From a virus, in the IMG/VR virus record IMGVR_UViG_3300025660_000003, positions 1 to 64,000 of that record: DNA of 64,000 nucleotides; one strand, 5' to 3'. The number at the start of each line of letters is the position of its first letter. The first letter of the stretch is position 1. Under the pieces are notes generated by a model. That model was not told the origin of the DNA, ran no database searches, and saw nothing but the letters and a program-made list of their open reading frames with translations. Made by a program: the position numbers and the translations under genes. This document shows positions 42,399 to 54,300 of this stretch, one piece after another.

Positions 42399-44815
42399 CC
42401 GACCAGTACGGCAGAGCGTGGAACACCCTGGGCCGTGTCCATCGCGGGCACCTGACCCAGGAGCCCTTCGCCAAGAAGAAGAAGCTCGACGACATGAACC
42501 CCGACAAGGGGGGCAGCCTGGGGCTGGGCGTCGCCCGTGTGGTGGGCATCGACTACGAGGAGCACTTCGTCACCCTGCGTACCGTCGTCGGCACTGAGCA
42601 GGAGTTCGAGCGCGTCCCTGTCCCCCTGACGTACCCCGGTGCGGGCTGTCGGCACTTCTTTGGGGCCATGCCGGAGGTGGGCGACTACTGCGTGGTCGGC
42701 TGGCTGCCCCAGGAGTCGTCGGAGAAGCACGGCGGCAGCAAGACCCCCGTGATCCTCAACTGGATCATCCCCGGTGTCTGGCCGGGTCGTGACTGGCTCG
42801 CGCTCTCGAACTTCACGGAGGACGAGCACGACTCAGGCACCAGCCGCAACCGGGAGGAGGTCAAGGGGGTCTTCGACCAGATCCGGCACAAGCTCAGGCA
42901 CCTCCAGCCGGGCAACATCCTTGCGTCATCGTCGCAGGGTGCCGACATGGTGCTGGATGAGAACGTCCACCTGGCCAACCGCCGGGGCAACGAGTTCATC
43001 CTGCGAGACGCCGATCAGGCGGTGGTCACCCGTGCGCTCCAGCAGTTCACAGCTCTGGCAGGCAGCCGCACCTACGCAGGCATGGTCCAGCGTGACGCTC
43101 TCCGGCTCCCGACCACGATGTTCAGCGACGGGTTCGTGTGGGACGGCCCGACCCAGGCATACGCAGGGGTCGCCCTGCATGAGGGTGACCTCCCTGTGGA
43201 TGGGACATACCCCGAAGGGTATGTGACCCCTGACCCGCAGCTCACCCGGACGTTCGATGCGGACGGCAAGCTCACCAAGGGGCTGTACCAGTACCCCGCT
43301 TTCCTCGACCCCTACGTCTTCCTGCGGAACGGTGGCTACATCGACGAGGATGGCGTCGCCGTGGACTCCCGGCACCTCAACGACGCGGTGTACGGCGGCA
43401 AGGGCATCTACCGCATCGGCACTGGGTCGCTCGCCAACACCGTCCTCGACCCAGGAGTCCCCTCCCTGACGGAGCACCGGATCGAGGTGTCCCACACCTC
43501 CGATGGCCTCCTCCCGGTCACGGAGCAGACGGATGGCTTCGATGCCGAACGGCTCCCAGGCTCAGACCCCGATACCCCGGGCGTCTCCGGCAACCAGCCC
43601 TACATCGAGTGGGTCATGGGCTCGGTCGTCGGCAACGACCCCTTCTCCGGGCAGGGCCGCAAGGAGTACGGCCTCCCCCTGGTCGCCCGCGTCTTCGATG
43701 AGACCGGGGGCCTGAGCCCCACCATCCAGGCAGCTCGCGTCGCGTCAGCAGGGAAGTCCGGCGGGACTCCTCTGGTGGAGCACGCGGCGACGTTGTTCAA
43801 GCTGACCCCGCCCTCTGGCCGTCTGGCTCCGACCTGGTGGTCCATCAACAAGCAGGGGCAGGCTCGTGTCAGCCTCTCCGGGCCGCCCACGGGCTACGGC
43901 CTCGACATGGCTGTCTCCGGCGGGATGCGGCTGGCTGTCGGTGGCGGGCTGGAGCTGCTGCTCAAGGGCGGCATCCACATCGGCACGCTGTCGAAGAATA
44001 GCCTCCGGCTCCGTAGCGAGCAGGGGCCGCTCATCCTCTACGGCGGTGGCTCCGACCGTGGTGATGCGAGCACCCTGGAGCGCCTCCAGGGCACGAACGG
44101 CGGCGAGAGTGGTGTGCCCAGCGTGGACATCCACGCCCGGACGAATGCCGTGTTCCGTGCCGAGAAGCAGATGCTCATCAAGGCAGAGCTGCTGGAGGCC
44201 AACGCGAAGGCGGTCAAGGTCGTCGGCCACGACGAGATTGCCCTGACGACCTCGAAGCAGCTCTCGGCATCTGCCGAGGACGTGAAGTTCACGGTCAGCG
44301 GCAAGCGAACCGACAACTTCTCGGGTCCGAAGCAGCTCGATTCGACCAACGGAGCCCTACACGAGCGGAGCTACACCCCGAACTTCCCAGGCGTGGTGTG
44401 CGAGGAGGTCAACTACGAGTCGGGTGACCGCGAGGAGACGTTCCAGAACGGCAACCACACGACGAGCATGGTCATCGGCGACATGACCTACGAGACCGAC
44501 CAGGGCACCTGGAAGGCACGGTCGGGCCAGAACAGCCAGGAGGTCAGTGCGGACGGGGTCATCGGTACGGCCACGACCGGGAGCGCGAAGCTCACCGCGA
44601 CGGCAGGTGCAGCGGTGATGAAGGGCTCCACCTCGGTGCTCGTCGAGGCGACGGCAGGCCCGCTGACGCTCAAGTCGTCCAGCTCCATCTTCTTGCAGTC
44701 CTCCGGGAACGCCCCGGACATCGGTGGGGTGCTCTGCGCAGGTTCGCTGGAGCCCTTCACGAACCTGCCCTTCTCTACCTGGGGCCTGGGTGCCTCTGGA
44801 GTGGTGGTGTCCTGA
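42395..44815 (+). CDS. Baseplate central spike (gpV/gp5-like)
   Basis: N-terminal OB-fold pattern ARVVGIDYE...MPEVGDYCVVGW; C-terminal short beta-strand repeats; follows the hub. Confidence 0.75.
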   Translation: MTDQYGRAWNTLGRVHRGHLTQEPFAKKKKLDDMNPDKGGSLGLGVARVVGIDYEEHFVTLRTVVGTEQEFERVPVPLTYPGAGCRHFFGAMPEVGDYCVVGWLPQESSEKHGGSKTPVILNWIIPGVWPGRDWLALSNFTEDEHDSGTSRNREEVKGVFDQIRHKLRHLQPGNILASSSQGADMVLDENVHLANRRGNEFILRDADQAVVTRALQQFTALAGSRTYAGMVQRDALRLPTTMFSDGFVWDGPTQAYAGVALHEGDLPVDGTYPEGYVTPDPQLTRTFDADGKLTKGLYQYPAFLDPYVFLRNGGYIDEDGVAVDSRHLNDAVYGGKGIYRIGTGSLANTVLDPGVPSLTEHRIEVSHTSDGLLPVTEQTDGFDAERLPGSDPDTPGVSGNQPYIEWVMGSVVGNDPFSGQGRKEYGLPLVARVFDETGGLSPTIQAARVASAGKSGGTPLVEHAATLFKLTPPSGRLAPTWWSINKQGQARVSLSGPPTGYGLDMAVSGGMRLAVGGGLELLLKGGIHIGTLSKNSLRLRSEQGPLILYGGGSDRGDASTLERLQGTNGGESGVPSVDIHARTNAVFRAEKQMLIKAELLEANAKAVKVVGHDEIALTTSKQLSASAEDVKFTVSGKRTDNFSGPKQLDSTNGALHERSYTPNFPGVVCEEVNYESGDREETFQNGNHTTSMVIGDMTYETDQGTWKARSGQNSQEVSADGVIGTATTGSAKLTATAGAAVMKGSTSVLVEATAGPLTLKSSSSIFLQSSGNAPDIGGVLCAGSLEPFTNLPFSTWGLGASGVVVS

Positions 44816-45393
44816 TGGCCTTGACCCGTGCCCTCTACTACGCCGACCTGGTGGCCCTCAAAGGGGCTGGCCTGTTCGCGTTCAACGGTGTGCCCTTCGA
44901 TGACGTGGCTCAGAGCATCGCGGCGGCGATGATGGCCTGGGGGCCTACCGTCCAGCTCGAAGGGGTGGCGGTAGGGACGGCAGGGGCCGGGACCATCAAC
45001 ACGCCCACCAGCAAGATGATCCTCGCCCCCAACGCTCCGGTGGTCATCGCGGGGCTGGCCTCTGCCGGGATGGTCGGGCCACTGAGCATCTCCCTAGGCA
45101 CCGTGGTCAGCTCCGCCCTGGCGAAGACCATCTCGGCATCCGGCGGCTACTCCGGTGCGGTCGTCGGCGTCGGTGTCGGTGCTGATGTATCGAAGGTGAC
45201 GGTGGCCGGTGAGGCGAAGCTCAGCAACACCCTGGCCGCTCTGCTAGGCACTGGACCGGCTGCCTCGATGATGGCCCGGGGCCTTGCCTCTGGCATTTCA
45301 AAGCTGCTGTTGACGGCCACGGGCGCGGGTAGTGTGGTGGGCTCCCCAAGTACGGCCCCAGCAACGGGCACCTCTACCTCGGTGATGGTCTGA
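44815..45393 (+). CDS. Ala/Gly-rich virion protein, possibly spike-associated
   Basis: 192 aa, coupled to the spike gene. Confidence 0.6.
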   Translation: MALTRALYYADLVALKGAGLFAFNGVPFDDVAQSIAAAMMAWGPTVQLEGVAVGTAGAGTINTPTSKMILAPNAPVVIAGLASAGMVGPLSISLGTVVSSALAKTISASGGYSGAVVGVGVGADVSKVTVAGEAKLSNTLAALLGTGPAASMMARGLASGISKLLLTATGAGSVVGSPSTAPATGTSTSVMV

Positions 45394-48300
45394 TGGGTAT
45401 CGAGTTCACAGGTCACGTCCTGCGTGCTCCCCGGATCGCTCCGGGGAACTCGGCGACATCCAGTCCCCCGGAGAACGGGGTGGTTCGAGACGTTCAGGTG
45501 CCCCCGGCACGGACGGCTGCCGATCCCCTCATCGTGGACTTCGCGGGTGACCAGTACCGGGCCGCCGTGCTCGAAGGCCCCGGCACCTCCCCGCATGAGT
45601 ACCTGGTCTGGACCGCCGTGTCCTCGCAGCTCGCTCAGGTCGAAGACGCGACCTGGTGGATGACCGATGGCACCGGCAGCATCCCGGCCGGAGAGACCTT
45701 CAGGGTCATCGTCACCGACGACGGCGGGCGGGACATCGGCCAGGTGACCCACCTGGTCATTGCCCGTGGCGACGTGGTCCATGTGGACGAAGGCTGGGTG
45801 GACGTGAACAACCCGGCGGCAGGACGCCTGGGCTCCCTGCCCTTCTACGTCGTCGTCCCCGCTCTTGCAGACCAGGACCCCGTGTCGGGCGTCGTGACCC
45901 TGAAGGACAGCAACGTCTTCACGGCCACCGGAGCGGGCCTTGTCGCGAGCACCCTCGCCACCCTCTTCGGTACGGGCCTGTCCCTCGACCGGGGGGATGC
46001 CGTCATGGAGGCCCGCTACACCCTGTCGTCGGTGAAGTTCTGGTGGACCCGGAACGACCGCTACGAGACCCGGTTCGGCTGGAACAACGCCCTTCAGCGG
46101 TGGATGCCCTACAAGGGCTCGGCTCCCGTCAACCTGGGGCGGCTGCTCTTCGACACGACGTACAAGCTCTCCCCACCCTTGAGCAACCTCCCTGTCGGCT
46201 CTGTGCTGCCTGGTGACGCCCTGGTGGGCGACCAGTACGCCATGCTCCGGCTGGGCTCGTCTGCGGGCGCTCTGAGCCTCCCTGTGGGCGTCAACGACGT
46301 GGACGGGTTCACAGGTGTCGAGGTCGTAGCCGACTCGGCTGTGGAGTCCCTGTACGACTTCACGGCATCGACCATGGCAGCGGTCGTGGGTCAGACCAAC
46401 GGCATCCTCCAGTTCAACCCGCTCTACACCCAGGAGCACGCGGGCCAGAGCCTCTGGTACGTCTACCGGGGCTTCGCCGCTGATGCCGATGGCGTCGTCG
46501 GCACCCTCATCGCTCCCGACGACCTGTTTCTTGCTCCCGTCCCCGGCCCGACCGACCGTCCCTTCGTCCGCATCAACAACAGGACGCCTCTGGCGGTGAC
46601 CCTGGTGGCGGATGAGGCAGCTCTGGGTGCCGTGGCTCCAGTCGAAGGAGCTTGCGCAGTCGCCCTGACGACGGGTCGGCTGAAGCTGTCCACGACCGAC
46701 ATCGACAAGTCGGACCCGACGAAGCTGGGCACCTTCGACAAGCACTTCCTAGGGGCGGTCATCGTCTACGACGGGGTGGCCCTCAACGCGACCCCACAGC
46801 CCACGAAGGGGCCTCGACCCCTGGTGCAGGCAGACGGGGTGACGACGACGGTGCATCCAGTCGAGCTGATGTACCTCCCCGCTGCCTTGCCCTGGCCGGA
46901 AGACGCAGGAGGCGGGATCTTCTCAGGGCTCGGCATCTCCGGCGTCTTGCACATGCCGGACAAGACCGGAGCAATCCCCGACCCGGAGGGGGTCAACCCC
47001 GCACTGGTCGTTGTCCCGGTACGGCCGGGTGGTGATGCCCTGCCTGCCCCTGGTGGTGGCGTGCCTCCGCAGACCATCGGGTTGATTCGCCAGATCGAGG
47101 ACGGGGTAGGAGACACCATCCTGTTCTCGAAGGCCGGAGCCGTCGAAGAGCTGATCGTGGTGGACCGCAACAGCGACCTGCCGGACTTCCCGTTCAATGT
47201 CCCTGGTGGGGTGGCGTACATCACCCGCGAGGCGACGACGGTGGCGGCAGCTCCGCACTCGGCGGTACAGCTCGGTTCGGAGACCCGGACGGCCTTCGCC
47301 GGTCAGGTGGTCTACTTCCTCCAGGCGTCCCTCAACCCCTCGACCTACACCGAGACGGCGGTGCTCTACTCCAAGAGCCGCATCGTCTTCCGGTTCGAGG
47401 GCGACGAGGTGCTGTACTTCGCCAGCGACGGGGTGGCCCACGACTGGCTCGCCAGCTCTCTGCCCGTCCAGGCCTCCTACACCTCGACGGAGGTGGCTGC
47501 CTCCATCCAGGCCCGCATCACCGCGCAGGCGGGCACGGCCACTTGTCGGGCTGCGGGTGACCGGGTGGTGCTCGAAGCGGCAGACCCCACGACCGGCTGG
47601 GTCGAGATCGGCTGGGGCTTCCCGAAGGACTTGAGCGGGGCGTCTGCCCTCGGATTCTTGCCGGGCTGGCGAGTCCTGGGCGGGCAGCCGAACTGGCTGA
47701 CGGATGCGGGCGTCTCGATGGGCCTGTCCCGGAGCCTGCTCAACCTCGACCGCAGCAAGCCGGACGCGGACTACCTCGCCCAGTACCGGCTCGAAGACAC
47801 GGTGCTGGCTACCGCTGTGCAGGGGACGCCCTTCACCTTCTTTGACTTCCCGCCTGTCGAGGACATCGCCGGGTTCGATGACGGGGTGTTCTTCAACCTC
47901 CAGACCATCGCTCTCCAGGGTGACGACCTCCGCATCATCGACAAGCGGCTGGGTCACCTGGATGAGATCGAGCACAGGTTCACCGAGGGCAAGTTCGCCT
48001 GGCTGGACAGCACGGTCTCATCGAACCTGGTGCAGCAGCGCACTTCGGTCGTCAACCTGGGCAACCCCCTGGTGGTCCCTGAGTCCCTGCTCCCCGCCCC
48101 CGGCATCAACGGGAACTTCATGGCAGCCGAGGATGCTGCCCGGTACGTCGTCCAGCAGCAGGGCGTGGACTACCTCATCACTGACGACGGGGTGTCAGGG
48201 AACGTCCAGCTCGTCACCCGCTACGGGGCTCGGGTTGACTTCGGAGGCCAGGGAACCTTCACCCTCGCCGGGACCACGTTTGAGGACCCCGACGCGAACT

Positions 48301-51300
48301 TCGTGGCGACGATGCAGCCTGGTACACGCATCAAGCTCCCCGAAGGGTCGTACTTCGTCGATTCCGTCACGGATGCAACCCATGTGGAGGTCTCGCCGCC
48401 CTTCATCTCGACCGCGACTAGGGCGACCCCGTGGGAGGCGTTCGCAGGCTTCCCGGACAGCGTTTACGACCCGGCAATCGTCGCGGATCAGGTGTTCAAG
48501 CCGTTCGATCACCTGCCTGACGAGCCCTTCCGGGTTCGGGTGCTTTCACCGCTCGGCAATATTGTGATTGCGGATTTCACGGCGAACGTGGAAGACGCGA
48601 ACACCAGTGGTCGTCCAGTCAGTCTCCGGTTCGGTGCGGTAGCTCCGGGAGCGGGGGTGACGGCCTCGCTCTCGCCCCTGACGTTGACCACGCTCGGCGT
48701 GGTGGCGAACAACCTCCTGGTGCTGCCCTCGACGACGCACGTTGACGAGGCGGCCTTCAGCATCCGGGTGGGGACAGAGCTGCACGAACAGGGTGTCGGC
48801 CTTCTGCCGGTGGCTGCCTTCACGGCTGACCCGGTCAACGTGGAGTACCTGACGGCCGCGTGGAACGACGGCACGGTCGTCCACCCCAAGGGCGAACTGA
48901 AGTTCAACTCAGTGCTGCTGGTGGACCTGGAGTCCAGTGCGGTCGTGCTGGTCGAGACGCTGAGGCTCGCTGCCAACCTGACGGCGGGGGCGGCTGAGTA
49001 CGACCAGAAGACGGGCGACATCCGCATCGCGGCAGCGGACGTGACGACCCACGCTGGGACACAGCTCTACTTCACCGAGCAGATGATCACGCGGAAGCCT
49101 GGGGCCGACGTGGCGATCAGCCCGATGGTCGGGGCGGTCTCGTTCCGCAAGCCCATCAACAAGGGCAGCCTGGTCGAGATCGAATACTGGCTGGCCGACT
49201 CAGAGGGCCGCCGCGTCGGCACCCCGGCGGACCGGACCATCGAGTTCTTGCCTGTCTTCGTCCGCCGGGAGGCGATGGTCAGGCTCACCGATCACGAGTT
49301 CAATCTTGACCCAAACGGGTCACACGTCATCGACACCCGCATCAAGCCGGTCGTCTACCTGGGACCGAAGCAGCAGAACTTCGGCAAGGTGGACTTCACG
49401 GTGGACACCCCGAAGCACCTGCTGGGGCAGCGGCTCTCGTTCAACCGGGACCTGGCGACGTGGATCGTCCCGGAGGTCAACTACGCCGTGTTCGATGCAC
49501 TGGGCGGCGAGCGTGCCTTCCAGACATCGCAGAAGCCGGTCTATCGACCCCCCTTCTTCATCAAGGCGGGCAAGGACAACTTCGGGCTCCGTGGGGATCG
49601 GTCGGCCGACTTCGAGGTCGGTCAGATGCTCCGCATCGGGCCGGAGTGCTTCTACATCACGGAGATCCGCTACTTCGCTGACCCGGACACGACCCGGTTC
49701 GACATCTACCCGTCCACCGTGGGCGAGGTGGGGTCCCGTTCCCCCGGCAACGATGTCCTGACGCTGGTGACGGCTGGCCCCATCACCCCGGTCCTCGATC
49801 CCGATGGAGCTGCCCCGATTGCGACAGCAGCTCCGCTGGGGTTCATGCAGGAGATCGTGCTTGCGGACTTCCCGTTCGAGCCGGTCAACGCGAAGCAGAA
49901 CAGCATCACGTTCCTGGGTGACCTGACCACCTTCGCTGTGCCCGGTCACATCATGGAGATCGCCGGGCTCCCCTTCACCATCGCCTCTGCATCGTTGAGC
50001 GAGGATGGCACCCGCACGAAGATCATCTTCACCAGCCCCTTCCGGCTGGCTATCGACCCCGCAGGGCTCCCCACGGTCCGGCTCTCGTACCGGCCGGTCT
50101 ACCCGCCGGAGGTACGTCAGTTCGTGGGCGTCGGCCCCTACGTCGCCTCCGAAGGCGTCGATCTGACCCTCTCTGGAGAGTTCATCGCGGGCGTCGAGCA
50201 GCCGGGCCGCACGCTGGCCGAGGGCACTGAGTTCGAGGTTGACCCAGAGACGGGTGCCGTCCAGTTGCTCGCCCCGCTCCAGGAGCCCCTGGGGCCGAAG
50301 CAGAAGCTCCTGCTCTCGTTCACGAAGATCCGGGTCATGGAGCCCTTCTACTCGGGCGGCCAGGTGCAGTTCCCCCGGTGGGCAGCTCAGTACAAGCACA
50401 TCGTCGTCCCCTCCGTGGACAACGGCTACCTGGGCGGCACGCTGACGGCCCGGTACACCTTCGACAACCCCGACTCCTTCTACTTCCGGGCGCTCCCCCT
50501 CCGCAGCTACCTGGGCGAGGCGGTCGCACAGGCGGTCGCAGAGATGCAGCAGGGGCAGTCGTCGGGCGGCCCCCTGCTCTCATCGTCCGTGGGGACGAGC
50601 AACTGGCAGCAGGGCAACCTCGGTCTGGCGTCCCAGCGGCGAGACCTGCTCGACAAGGACCGGGCGGCCCGCAGTCTGCTGACCTTCTACAACAACGCCG
50701 TCGTGGCGTTCGAGCAGGTCGAGGAGGCCATCACCGGGAAGTTCATCGGTGACCGCGACGGCAAGTTCCGCTTCTGGGTCGGACGGGGCGAGGAGTACGC
50801 CCCGCCGGGCTTCGAGGACGAGTACACGGGCGAGCTGAACCCCTCAATCGTGTGGAGCAGCGTCTTCAACGCGACCGACCTGACCCGCGACATCCAGTTC
50901 CTGACGAGCGATCCCCTGGTGCGGCCGACGCTCTGCACGCTGGTGGATCTCCAGTTGTTCGGGGAGCCCCTGGGGGCATCACAGCTCCGCGACCTGATGG
51001 ACCAGCAGCGCGCGCTCATCCGCAACGACGTGGACGACGTGGTGCTGCTGGCGTCCTCGACCCCCCGCACCATCCCGACCAACGCACCTCCGTACTTCAC
51101 GGTGGAGGCCGATGGCTCGTTCGCCCGGATGGGCTCTGCCCACAGGTACTCCCGGCTGTTCCCGACCACGACGGAGGTGTTCTTCACCCTCATGCCGGGC
51201 ATCGAGGCTGACGTGTCGGTCGCGGGCGACGTGGGCTCCTACGCCTGGAACCGCATCACTACGACGGGGACAACGGAGTCCACCTACCGGGCTCCCATCG

Positions 51301-54300
51301 GCCAGGTCGGCAACCCCGTCATGGGGGCCATCGGCAACATCTCCGAGAAGGTGCTTCAGATGCGGCTCCCGCGAGCCCGCATCCTGAGCTACCACCCGGA
51401 GGGTCTGGACAGCTCTGCCTTCGGTCTGGCAGTCACGCTGCCCTGCGTAGTCGTCTCCAACGTCCCGCTGGCTGACCTGCCGATGGACCCCGCGACGGGC
51501 TTCCCCGACGTGAGCCGATTCTTGTCACAGAACGTGACAGGTGACACGGCGGACGCCGTGGCAGGTGACCCCGTGTTCGCGCTTCCGGGCTTCGAGGTCG
51601 GTCAGAGGGTCGGGTGGGGCAAGCCGGACGGGCGGCTCCTGGCGGCCCTGTTCCCGGAGGAGATCGATGTCTTCGGGTCGAAGACCTACACGGGGCTCTT
51701 CATCAACGAGGTGCTCCACGGCTGCGTGCTGACCTTCCGGGACCGCCAGGACAACCCCATCAGCGACCCGAACCAGATCCTCGTCGGCACGTCGCCGACG
51801 AGTGGCATCGCTGCGCACATCTTCGGACTCATCGAGTCCGACACCATCTACGTCGTCCCGCCGGACACGGCCAACCCCATCAGCGACCCGGCCACTGAGT
51901 CGCCCACGATGGAGATGCAGCAGCAGGCCGCCTTGCTCTCCCCGGCCTTCCGGCAGGGCTTCGACCTGGCGGTGGACACTTCCGGCCAGGTCAAGGATCT
52001 GTCCCTCCCGTCCTGGGGCGACCCCTCCCTGTTCCCCATCAAGGAGCTGCTGGGCCAGAAGACCCCGGAGCCGATGAGCCACCTTGAAGGGGTGGTGGAC
52101 TTCGCCAACGTGGACCAGCTCCCGCTGCGGACACCGGCCCTGCTCGGCAATCCGCAGGACGACGCGGGCGACTACGCCATCCCCTACATGAAGGGCACGA
52201 ACACGGAGCTGGCCCGGTTTGAGCAGGTCACCAACGTCATCGGCCCGCTCATGGCTGCCGATGCGGTGGACGGGGGCTACTTCCCTGACGAGATCCTGTT
52301 CGTGGACGGCGAGGTCCCGGCAGCTCCGCTGCTCATCGCCGGATTGAACTACCGCGAGCCGGGTGCCCTGATGGTCCCGACGAAGACCGACCCGGCGGCG
52401 ACGCTGGGGACGGCTCCTGGCCGCGAGGGTGACTTCCTGCTGATGGAGGTCAACACAGCATCTCCGCAGGGCTACCAGGGCATCCTGACGGTGGGTGGGC
52501 TGCGCAACGTGAACACGGGCGGGACGGACTGGTCGTGGATCGAGCCGCCACGCTTCGTCACGCAGGTCAATCAGGGGTCGGCGACCCGGTTCATCTTGAA
52601 CAAGTACGCCGTCCACACGACGCCGGGTGTCTACCCGGTGGACCCGCAGGTCGTGAGCCCTCCGGGCGTGCGGATCTTCGATGACATCGCCAACGGCAAC
52701 ACGGTCCTGTCGTTCCAGGACGTTGTCTTCGGCCTCAACGATGCTGCGGCCATCAACGTCGGCAACCTGAACACCGTCCTTGCGGCCCATGCGGACAACG
52801 CGGTGCGGGTCAACCTCATCTCCCGGCCTGACGACACGGTGGTCAACGGTCTGGCTGGTGCCGTCTCCGTCGCGAACATGAAGGACGGTCGGGTCATCCT
52901 GACCATCCACATCCGGGCGGGCTTCGCGCGGATCACGGACTACCAGGGCGGCGACACTGGCTGGATCGCCCATGCCGGTGTCACCTTCGGTGGCTTCGAC
53001 CCCGTGGGTGGTGAGCCTGCTCCGGGTGCGGTGGCGGACAACCGGCACATCATCATCTCGGGCTGGTCGGGGCAGGTCCCCTTCACGCCTGCCGTGGGCA
53101 CCGAAGTCCAGTGGTTCATGCCCCATGACCACCTCGACCCCGCAGGAGCGAACGACCGGAAGATCAGCAAGTACGGCTGGGAGTTCGGCATCGACCTGGA
53201 CACCAGCGTCACAGGGGAGAGCACGTCGGCCTACATCGACTCCGACCGGCTGACCTTCCACGAGGTCGTGGACTTCCGCCTGGCACGGCCTCGTGGCTTC
53301 CAGCACGACAACGGCGTCGGTGCCATCCGGGTCTACCAGACGATGTTGCAGGTCACGGAGATCACCCTTGGCGGGGCGGTCTTCTCCACCGTCAACGACG
53401 TGATCGGGGCTGGCCTGTCCATCAGGAGCCGGGACGGCTCGACCACGACCATCGAGGGCACCTGGAACCCGGCCCCCACTCCGGCAGAAGAGGGCTCCAT
53501 CCGGGTCATGGCTTTCGAGTATGCCAACACCGGGATCACGGTGGGGGACAGCACGGCCTCTGTGGTGGCCTCGCAGACCACTGACCCTTCCGGCTCCGAC
53601 ATCCTGGTCGGTGACGGCTGGGCAGAAGCGGACCGGATCGACAGCATCGTGGCTACGACGGGCGACATGGACAACGTCCAGAAGGGCGATGCGGTCTACA
53701 TCGACCGTTCGGCCACAGCTCTCCCGGACGCGGCGACGGAGAAGGCGGGGACGTTCATCACCCGGTTCGCCATCAAGCCGACCGCCGGGCCGAACCTGTA
53801 CCTCCCGGTGGCCAAGAGCACCTACGCAGGCACGGGCAACGGCTTCGTCACCACGCGGTTCCCTCGCGTCCTGTCCATGGACGTGCTCCTTCAGCGGTTG
53901 GAGATCGACGACCACCTGATGCTCCCGGCCACGGGCAAGCTCTTCATCGCCATCCGACCAGCCGACCTGAACTCCGCTGTGCCGGGCACGTTCACGCAAG
54001 CTCTCTTCAGCGTGGACTGGACCGGGTTCGACCTCGGCGGCCCGAACCCGAAGCTCATCCTTGGGGCCTTCGACACCTGGCGGTGGGCTGACGACGCCCC
54101 CATCGGGGCGAGTCTCGCGGCCATCGCCTTGCTGATCTCCAACGCTGATGTGGTCGGCCGCCAGATGACCTGGCACGACAACGCAGTCGGTGGAGCTGGA
54201 GCCAGCCCGTCCGGGGTCATGCAGGTGAACGTCAGCGTGCGGGGTGGCGACCTCCCGGACGATTCTTCCGTCGTCGGGCATCACAGCATCGGCCCTGGTG

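Noticed and set aside
51753-51890. 18-bp direct repeat aaccccatcagcgacccg in the giant gene
   Set aside because: Both copies encode NPISDP in frame; explained by protein-level duplication and codon bias.
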